A stretch of 63,951 nt of DNA, from positions 1 to 63,951 of IMG/VR virus record IMGVR_UViG_3300020593_000115; one strand, written 5' to 3'. The notes below the pieces were generated by a model, which was not told the origin of the DNA, did no database searches, and saw only the letters and a program-made list of their open reading frames with translations. This DNA is from a virus. Its lineage: Duplodnaviria > Caudoviricetes. The position numbers and the translations under genes were made by a program. Below are positions 57,626 to 63,951 of the stretch, one piece after another (position 1 is the first letter of the stretch; every line of letters starts with the position of its first letter).

Positions 57626-58489
57626 ATGAATCATACAACGTTCTTCGCGTATGCGAGGCGCGCGCCTTTTGGCGGTCGCTTGTCGCAGGCGCAGGTAGAC
57701 GGCACAAGCGCCATCCTGGCTGAAGCCGAACGCCGCGGCGTGGCTGACGAGGCGCTGGCCTATGTCCTCGCAACGACGTTCCACGAGACGGGCGGCAAGA
57801 TGCAGCCCATCGAGGAAAATCTTAACTACACCTCCGCGGCGCGCATTAAGCAGGTTTGGCCGTCGCGCTTCCCGACCATCGCTAGCGCGCAGCCCTACGT
57901 TCGAAACCCGCAGAAGCTGGCAAACAAGGTGTATGGCGGCCGGATGGGCAACACGGGACCGGACGACGGGTGGCGCTATCGCGGTCGAGGACTGCCGCAG
58001 ATCACGGGAAAGGACAATTATAAGAAGTTCGGACTTGGCGACGCGCCGGAGAAGGCGCTGGAAATTACAACCGCTGTCCGTGTTCTGTTTGACGGCATGC
58101 TGCAGGGCAAGTTCACGGGCCGCAAGCTGTCGGACTATTTCGGCGATGGCAAAGAGGATCCGGTCGGCGCCAGGGCCATCGTTAACGGCAAGGACAAGGC
58201 GACGCTGATTGCGGGCTACTACCGCAACTTCCTCGACAGCATCCGAGCCGCGCGGGAGGGAAAGCTTGCCGCAGTGGACGATGCAAGACCTGATGACGTG
58301 CCGCTGGCCGAAAGCCCCGCTGTAAAGCTGATGCTTGCCGGCGGCGGCGGAACGCTGGTGACGAGTTTTATCGGCGCCGTGTCCAATCCTTGGGCATTCG
58401 CGACCGTAGCGTTCATCGTTGTAGTGGCCGCTGCGGGCTTCTGGCTCTGGAAAAGTGGTCGCCTGGAACTGAAAAGGGGCGGCGCGTGA
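57626..58489 (+). CDS. Endolysin, GH19 family, with a C-terminal TM region
   Basis: LATTFHET, EENLNY, DGWRYRGRG..QITGKDNY. Confidence 0.9.
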   Translation: MNHTTFFAYARRAPFGGRLSQAQVDGTSAILAEAERRGVADEALAYVLATTFHETGGKMQPIEENLNYTSAARIKQVWPSRFPTIASAQPYVRNPQKLANKVYGGRMGNTGPDDGWRYRGRGLPQITGKDNYKKFGLGDAPEKALEITTAVRVLFDGMLQGKFTGRKLSDYFGDGKEDPVGARAIVNGKDKATLIAGYYRNFLDSIRAAREGKLAAVDDARPDDVPLAESPAVKLMLAGGGGTLVTSFIGAVSNPWAFATVAFIVVVAAAGFWLWKSGRLELKRGGA

Positions 58490-58713
58490 TAGCTGCCCTT
58501 TGGTCTAAAGCCTGTGGCTATTTGATTGCTGCCGGGGCCGGGATCGCCTTTCTCGTCGCTGTTTACGCGAAAGGAAAGGCAGACGCAGTAGCAGCGCAAA
58601 AGGCCGAACACTACGAAACTGTTAAGCAGGCGCGAGAGATCGAGCATGAAGTTCAAAACCTTGATGGCGACGACGTTGATCGTCGCCTCTCTCAGTGGAT
58701 GCGCGACAAGTAG
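58486..58713 (+). CDS. i-spanin (Rz-like)
   Basis: N-terminal TM followed by a helical domain; overlaps a lipoprotein gene. Confidence 0.65.
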   Translation: MIAALWSKACGYLIAAGAGIAFLVAVYAKGKADAVAAQKAEHYETVKQAREIEHEVQNLDGDDVDRRLSQWMRDK

Positions 58714-58834
58714 CTACTGCGACTTGGCTCGCCCAGTCAGGCCGAGCATTGAAGACACGCTGACTGAAGGTACAAAGCGCCAGATACTGGCGGAAAATGA
58801 AAAACTGGCAAAACTGTGCGGGGTTCGGCCATGA
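58646..58834 (+). CDS. o-spanin (Rz1-like lipoprotein)
   Basis: Lipobox LSGC; overlaps the Rz-like gene in another frame. Confidence 0.75.
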   Translation: MKFKTLMATTLIVASLSGCATSSYCDLARPVRPSIEDTLTEGTKRQILAENEKLAKLCGVRP

Positions 58835-58892
58835 CTGCAAAATGGTGGCTCGCGGCGCTTTGGATGAGCGTCGCGGTCAGGGGGGTTATTGG

Positions 58893-59195
58893 ATGACGGG
58901 CGGCGAACTCATGGCTGTTGTGGGCTTCATCCTGATGCTGTTCGGTGCAGTATCGGCCGCCTTTTGGCGCATGTGGGGATTGATAAAGGACGCTGGGGAG
59001 AAGGGCGAGCGGGCGCAACGCGACCTTGCCGACCATAAGCTGCACGTCGCCACGACATACGTTACAAAGCAGGGGCAGGCCGAGCAAACGGCGCAATTGC
59101 TGCGCGCCATTGAGAATATCGGCAATCGCATCGATTCTATCAGTGAGCGCTTGGACAGAGCATTTGAGCGACCCGCGCGGACCCCTCCGCCATAA
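58893..59195 (+). CDS. Putative holin-like membrane protein
   Basis: Single N-terminal TM plus coiled coil within the lysis cassette. Confidence 0.5.
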   Translation: MTGGELMAVVGFILMLFGAVSAAFWRMWGLIKDAGEKGERAQRDLADHKLHVATTYVTKQGQAEQTAQLLRAIENIGNRIDSISERLDRAFERPARTPPP

Positions 59196-59213
59196 TAATA
59201 GTACGACACATCG

Positions 59214-59246
59214 GCCCCGCTTCCGAAAGGAGCGGGGCTTTTTTTT
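59214..59246 (+). terminator. Late operon Rho-independent terminator
   Basis: gccccgct-tccgaaagg-agcggggc followed by a T tract. Confidence 0.85.
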
Positions 59247-59267
59247 GTTGCGCTCGCCGTAAATGTA

Positions 59268-59318
59268 ATATGCGAAAAAGCATTTACACTTGACACAAAA
59301 GGCGAAATCGCATATTGT
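59268..59318 (+). promoter_or_regulatory. Promoter TTGACA-17-TATTGT with two operators
   Basis: ATATGCGAAAAAGCATTT and AAAGGCGAAATCGCATAT. Confidence 0.8.
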
Positions 59319-59373
59319 GGATACATACAAGAATCGCTCCATCGGGGCGCACACCACTGCAGGAGACCACCAC

Positions 59374-59466
59374 ATGTCACTTACCGTCGTTGTGGCGCTA
59401 GCTGCGCTGCTGGCAATTCTGACGCCATTAGCGTCTTTGGCAATTGATGCTCTGAGGAGAGGTTGA
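59374..59466 (+). CDS. 30-aa hydrophobic peptide
   Basis: MSLTVVVALAALLAILTPLASLAIDALRRG with AGGAG RBS; TGATG-coupled to the next ORF. Confidence 0.55.
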   Translation: MSLTVVVALAALLAILTPLASLAIDALRRG

Positions 59467-59693
59467 TGGGAAAGTTTAAGATTGGGGGTAGGGTTCGCTG
59501 CCTTTTGGATGATGACATTCCTTCTGAGCGTCAGTGGGGAATCGACGCGGGGCTAGCGTGGCGCAGGGTGGCTGGGGATAGCGTAGTTTATACGGACTTA
59601 GGCATTTCGCGTGGCATGGAATATGGAATTGCGGCAGCAAGGGGCGCTGGCATTCCAGTGGAATATCGCAGCCTTGAGGAGAATGGCAACTAA
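59466..59693 (+). CDS. Hypothetical protein (possible deletion fusion)
   Basis: FKIGGRVRC start joined to a VYTDLGISRGMEYGI domain half. Confidence 0.5.
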   Translation: MGKFKIGGRVRCLLDDDIPSERQWGIDAGLAWRRVAGDSVVYTDLGISRGMEYGIAAARGAGIPVEYRSLEENGN

Positions 59694-60955
59694 TGCCAAC
59701 ACCTACGATTACAGATGAACAAATCGCGCGCACCGTAGAGGTTCGCGCGCGCCATAGATTCAACACGCAGGCCGCAGCAGAACTTGGCGTAGACGAAAAG
59801 ACGGTGCGCCGTCATCTGGCGCTTGCGGCAGAGCGCGGCTTGCTCGGCACGGATCCTGTGCTGCCGGGATACGCGATCAAGAGCGTCGCCAGCAAGACGC
59901 CTGATGGCGCGTGGGTGAAGCAGACGAAGGAGCACGGCGCCCCATTTGAGGTTCCGGCTGGCCATGCCGTGAAAGGCGTCTCTGCTCTTGTCGACGCGGA
60001 AGGAAGAACGATACAGCAATGGGTGAAGACTCGAGAGCAGCCGTCTGCAATCGATGTTGCCGAGACGCTGAAGGCCGCCTTTGAAAACTGGGAGCCCGCA
60101 GCGCCAGCGGTCGTCGCGCCCTCCGCCACCGATACGGATTTGCTGAGCCTCATTCCGTGCAACGACTGGCACGTCGGCATGTTTGCATGGTCTCGAGAAA
60201 CAGACCAGAACTGGGACCTGAAAATTGCGGAAAGGGTGATTGGCGCAGCTGTCGAGGGCGCCATAGCGCGCTCCCCTTCTTGCCACACTGCGATTGTTCT
60301 TGGTGGCGGCGATCTGACTCACGCCGACAACAACGACAACCGCACCAAACGCTCTGGCAACGTTCTCGATGTAGACGGGAGGCACCAGAAGGTTGTCGAG
60401 AAAGCGGGCGAACTTATGGCCCGTACAGTGGACGCCGCACTACGTAGACACAGCCGAGTAATAGTGCGCAATCTGAAGGGGAACCACGACGACGAGACGG
60501 CGCCGGCGATTGCTTGGTTTCTCAAGGCTTGGTACCGGCACGAGCCGCGGGTGTACGTGGATTTGGATCAGTCGCTGTTTTTCTATCATCAGCACGGCTT
60601 GGTGATGAATGCGGCGACGCACGGTCACGCTGCGAAGCTCAAGGACATGCCACAGATCATGGCGCACCGGCGTCCCGAGATGTGGGGCTCCACGCGCTTT
60701 CGTTACGCCCATGGATTCCACGTTCATCACAAATCAGGGTTCGTAACAGAGGGAGGCGGCGTGGTGTGCGAGTCTCACCAAGCGCCCATACCGCAAGACG
60801 CGTGGCATTACGGAGCGGGATTCCTATCAGGTCGCTCAATCCAAACCATCAGCTACCACAAGAGTTATGGAGAGATTGGTCGCGTGCGTGAGGCCGTACT
60901 TGATGGCGGCCACGTTGCAGCGAACGACAATGAGTCTATGAGGGCGGCGGCATGA
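59693..60955 (+). CDS. HTH plus calcineurin-like metallophosphoesterase
   Basis: AAELGVDEKTVRRHL HTH; DWH, GD, GNHD, HGH and HVH metal motifs. Confidence 0.8.
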   Translation: MPTPTITDEQIARTVEVRARHRFNTQAAAELGVDEKTVRRHLALAAERGLLGTDPVLPGYAIKSVASKTPDGAWVKQTKEHGAPFEVPAGHAVKGVSALVDAEGRTIQQWVKTREQPSAIDVAETLKAAFENWEPAAPAVVAPSATDTDLLSLIPCNDWHVGMFAWSRETDQNWDLKIAERVIGAAVEGAIARSPSCHTAIVLGGGDLTHADNNDNRTKRSGNVLDVDGRHQKVVEKAGELMARTVDAALRRHSRVIVRNLKGNHDDETAPAIAWFLKAWYRHEPRVYVDLDQSLFFYHQHGLVMNAATHGHAAKLKDMPQIMAHRRPEMWGSTRFRYAHGFHVHHKSGFVTEGGGVVCESHQAPIPQDAWHYGAGFLSGRSIQTISYHKSYGEIGRVREAVLDGGHVAANDNESMRAAA

Positions 60956-61485
60956 AGGTAACGGCTGGTAGACTTAAGCAATGGCTTCACTATGACCCAG
61001 AGACGGGAGTGTTCACCTGGATAAAGAAGGCGGGACGCAATCTGCCGGGATCGATTGCGGGAACTCTTCGGGATGACGGATACATCCGCATCCAAGTTGA
61101 GGGTGAACGGCGCTACGCGTCACACTGGGCATGGCTTTATATGACCGGATTCCTTCCAGAGAATGAAGTGGACCATGAGGACAGGAACAGGGCTAACAAC
61201 GCTTGGAGCAATCTTAGAGCGGCGACGAAGTCGCAGAATTGCGCCAACCGTCCGCAGAGTGGCAGAAGGGCGAGCGGACTCCCGAGAGGTGTTGCTGTAA
61301 GGGGCAAAAAGTTTGTGTCTCAAATCCGGGTTCGCGGCGTTCCAAGGTATTTAGGAATTTACGACACGCCAGAAGAGGCACACGAGGCATACGCGCAAGT
61401 AGCGTCGTTAGAGTTTGGTGAATTCGCAACCGCAAAGCGGCAGGCCGCGAACGACAACAACAGGAAAGAGGAGAGGACGGCGTGA
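60952..61485 (+). CDS. HNH-AP2 homing endonuclease
   Basis: YDPETGVFTW, VDHEDRNRANNAWSNLR, YLGIYDTPEEAHEAY. Confidence 0.9.
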   Translation: MKVTAGRLKQWLHYDPETGVFTWIKKAGRNLPGSIAGTLRDDGYIRIQVEGERRYASHWAWLYMTGFLPENEVDHEDRNRANNAWSNLRAATKSQNCANRPQSGRRASGLPRGVAVRGKKFVSQIRVRGVPRYLGIYDTPEEAHEAYAQVASLEFGEFATAKRQAANDNNRKEERTA

Positions 61486-61676
61486 AAATTGAGATACAGC
61501 GCAACGAAACTAGCCAGCCCATCGTGTATGAGGGCGCTCTCAACGCATATACCAAGGGGCCAATGTACTGCGTTCTATTCGAGAAGGATGGCGCGCGAGT
61601 CACGCATAAGTTCCCGCTTTGCTCTCTGTTCCGGGTGGTGGAGGACTACATGCCAAGCAAGATGGCTTCGTCATGA
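61482..61676 (+). CDS. Hypothetical small protein
   Basis: GTGA/ATGA coupling at both ends. Confidence 0.6.
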   Translation: MKIEIQRNETSQPIVYEGALNAYTKGPMYCVLFEKDGARVTHKFPLCSLFRVVEDYMPSKMASS

Positions 61677-62416
61677 CCACCCAAACCAAACATTGGGACA
61701 CGGTAGCGCGCTGCTACGTTGAAGGCACGGACACGACGCCGGCGGAGACGTTCGGCCCGCCGCATATGTATGGTTTGCACGGAGACGTGGACATTGCGCA
61801 GCCAATTATAAGCAAGCCGCGCTTTGCTTATAACGATAACGAGCCTGCTGCCGCGCAACCGGAGCGCAAAGGCGATTGGATGCAAACCTACACCGGCCGC
61901 CAGTTCTGGCCGCTAGATCCGCGCGCCGACGAAGTGCACATCGAGGACATCGCGCACGCGCTTTCGATGCAGTGCCGCTACGCCGGCCATTGTAAGCGCT
62001 TCTACAGCGTCGCCGAGCACAGCGTGCATTTGGCGCGGCACGTCTCGCCAGCAAACGCCTTATGGGCGCTGCTGCATGACGCCAGCGAGGCATACCTCGT
62101 AGATGTACCGCGCCCAGTAAAGCCTTACCTGGCCGGCTATAAGGACGCAGAGGCGAAGGTGATGGCTGCGGTGTGCGAACGCTTTGGGTTGCCGCACAAG
62201 ATGCCAGCAGAGGTCCACTGGGCCGACACAGCCATCATCGGTGATGAGCGCGCCAATATGGCCCCGTGCGTGGCGGAATGGTATGCCACCGGACCGGGGC
62301 TAGGGGTTGAATTGCAATACTGGTCACCGGAAGAAGCGGAGCGCGAATTCCTGGCAGAATTCGAGCGACTTCAGAACATGAGGGCCGCGGCGCGAGCAAG
62401 ATACCAGCAGATATAG
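61673..62416 (+). CDS. HD-domain 5'-deoxynucleotidase (YfbR-like)
   Basis: DIAHALS..CRYAGH..YSVAEHS..LLHDASEAY. Confidence 0.88.
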   Translation: MTTQTKHWDTVARCYVEGTDTTPAETFGPPHMYGLHGDVDIAQPIISKPRFAYNDNEPAAAQPERKGDWMQTYTGRQFWPLDPRADEVHIEDIAHALSMQCRYAGHCKRFYSVAEHSVHLARHVSPANALWALLHDASEAYLVDVPRPVKPYLAGYKDAEAKVMAAVCERFGLPHKMPAEVHWADTAIIGDERANMAPCVAEWYATGPGLGVELQYWSPEEAEREFLAEFERLQNMRAAARARYQQI

Positions 62417-62594
62417 AGGATGCAGCTTGTCGTTTATGCGAGCAGCATCTTGGGTGGGCCACGACAGAAATAGTCATGAAGGCAATTCTTGCAGAACGCA
62501 AGCGATGTGCGGAAGTTGCGCGCGATATTTACGTACACGAAGAAGGTGAATACTGGATAGCTAACCGCATCGCCAACACTATCGAGGCAGGCAA

Positions 62595-62942
62595 ATGAAC
62601 CAGTTCCACGTAGGTCAGCAAGTCGTCTGTATTGACGACAAGGTGCCACTCGAAAACGGCTCGGTCGTCAAAGACGCCAATATCACGGAAGGCCAAATCT
62701 ATACGGTTCGCTGGGTAGGAATGGCGTCTCACTATGTTTTTGGCGACTACCTCGGCGTAAAGCTTGAAGGCGTCGATAGCAAGTTCGGCGAGGCGTGGGG
62801 GTTGCCCGACGCACCATACGCAGCGCGTCGCTTCCGTCCGTTGGTAAAGGATCCAATTGCTATGTTCCGCAAGATGTTGGTCGATCCTGACAATGACGAC
62901 GACGGTGGCGCCGTGAAGGAAAAAGAATTGGAGGAGGTTTGA
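62595..62942 (+). CDS. Hypothetical SH3-like protein
   Basis: FHVGQQVVCID..EGQIYTVR..RFRPL. Confidence 0.65.
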   Translation: MNQFHVGQQVVCIDDKVPLENGSVVKDANITEGQIYTVRWVGMASHYVFGDYLGVKLEGVDSKFGEAWGLPDAPYAARRFRPLVKDPIAMFRKMLVDPDNDDDGGAVKEKELEEV

Positions 62943-63562
62943 TGCAAGTCGGCAAAATCGAATATGCTCCAGACTATGGGATGGCTTCCTCACCTGCTGC
63001 GGTCGGCAAGCTTGCCCTTGCGACCAATAACGACTTACCGCGTATTGTGGCCTTCACAGGTGTAGCCGGTAGCGGAAAGTCAACTGCCAGTAGGCATCTG
63101 GTCGAGAAGCATGGCTATCAGCTTGTAAAGTTTGCCGGGCCACTGAAAGACATGCTGCGGGCGATTGGTTTGGGGGATGTGCATATCGAGGGGCCGCACA
63201 AAGAGACTGGCATTGCCATTCTGTCAGGGCGCACGCCGCGACACGCAATGCAGACCCTTGGAACTGAATGGGGCCGCAAATGCATGGGAGACGACTTCTG
63301 GATTAATCTGTGGCGCACGCGCGTGGATGGTATTTTGGCGTTCAATGGTCGCGTCGTGGTGGACGACTGTCGCTTTCCCAATGAGGCAACGGCCGTTCGC
63401 AAGATGGGTGGCGACATATACCGCATCGTTGGGCGCGGCGGGATATCAGGAGGTCATGAAAGTGAGCGCCAGGAATTTGAATTTGATTGCCTGATTGAAA
63501 ATGACGGGCCTCTGCAGAATCTTCATGGCGCGATTGACGCCGCACTTGGGCGCTATCTTTAG
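62942..63562 (+). CDS. Deoxynucleoside monophosphate kinase
   Basis: GVAGSGKST, FAGPLK, TPRHAMQTLGTEWGR, DCRFPNE, HESE. Confidence 0.9.
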   Translation: MQVGKIEYAPDYGMASSPAAVGKLALATNNDLPRIVAFTGVAGSGKSTASRHLVEKHGYQLVKFAGPLKDMLRAIGLGDVHIEGPHKETGIAILSGRTPRHAMQTLGTEWGRKCMGDDFWINLWRTRVDGILAFNGRVVVDDCRFPNEATAVRKMGGDIYRIVGRGGISGGHESERQEFEFDCLIENDGPLQNLHGAIDAALGRYL

Positions 63563-63569
63563 ACAACAC

Positions 63570-63608
63570 CACCGCCCCGTTCGAAAGTTCGGGGCGGTTT
63601 TCTTTATT
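63570..63608. terminator. Terminator between convergent genes
   Basis: accgcccc...ggggcggt followed by a T tract. Confidence 0.75.
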
Positions 63609-63633
63609 GACGGGTTCGCTTGTTTAAGCCGGC

Positions 63634-63951
63634 CTACTTAATTCCAGCTATGGCCGCCTTACCGCGTTCGCGTGCTTCATGAATTTCAGTCTCACTGAGA
63701 TCCGCGGCGCGCTGAAACTTCTTGTCCCGGGGCCATGCCTGTGAAACGGCCAACGCAGCAAACTTCTCGTCAGCGAATGTCTCCGGGAAAATGCTCTCCA
63801 GCTCAGCGTAGGCCGCCTTCATCGCTGCAAGAAGCGAGGCAGCGCGCTTCGCATTTCCAGCCAATGCGGCCTTCCTCTCTGCTTCTTCTAATTCGGCTCG
63901 CTGCTTTTGCAATTCGGCAATCTTTGCGTCTATTTCTGCTACGGTAGGCAT
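63634..63951 (-). CDS. Hypothetical coiled-coil protein (phage end or flank)
   Basis: 105-aa ORF converging on the terminator. Confidence 0.6.
   Translation of the reverse strand: MPTVAEIDAKIAELQKQRAELEEAERKAALAGNAKRAASLLAAMKAAYAELESIFPETFADEKFAALAVSQAWPRDKKFQRAADLSETEIHEARERGKAAIAGIK

Larger units (their letters stand above)
1..63605. mobile_element. Temperate siphovirus-like prophage (integrase to right-end operon); att sites not located
   Basis: Contiguous integrase, repressor, replication, terminase, portal, capsid, tail and lysis modules in lambdoid order. Confidence 0.95.

Noticed and set aside
5112-60955. Ala-Ala C-termini alone as proof of degrons
   Set aside because: GGAGG-GCGGC-ATGA translational coupling can itself generate E-A-A ends, so they were counted only as support alongside ANDN.
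63563-63951. attL/attR core repeat at the window ends
   Set aside because: The window starts at the integrase stop and no matching direct repeat was seen at both ends.

Overview
This window is an essentially complete ~63 kb temperate siphovirus-type prophage. The host is probably a Rhizobiales alphaproteobacterium, inferred from gene content and style rather than from a search. Layout: integrase and excisionase, a leftward early arm, and a CI/S24 repressor. A rightward recombination/replication arm follows, with a Sak4-like ATPase, DUF669, a nucleotidyltransferase, a beta-clamp, a Cas4-like nuclease, a sigma factor, an intein-containing helicase, three DNA methyltransferases, a primase-polymerase/helicase and a probable iteron origin. 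Next come HK97-type head and tail genes, a reverse-strand GT2 moron, the lysis cassette and a right-end nucleotide-metabolism operon. The att sites were not identified. Most notable observations: (1) ANDN motifs and Ala-Ala C-termini resembling the tmRNA/ssrA tag are strongly enriched in early proteins. (2) A glycosyltransferase/methyltransferase cassette sits inside the head operon, and its first enzyme seems reachable only through a -1 frameshift at C CCT TTC. (3) The C5 methyltransferase locus appears to use all three forward reading frames, with a nested HNH endonuclease and a beta-subunit-like ORF. (4) One palindromic operator occupies the spacer of six sigma70-like promoters. All product calls come from motifs recognised by eye; no database search was run.
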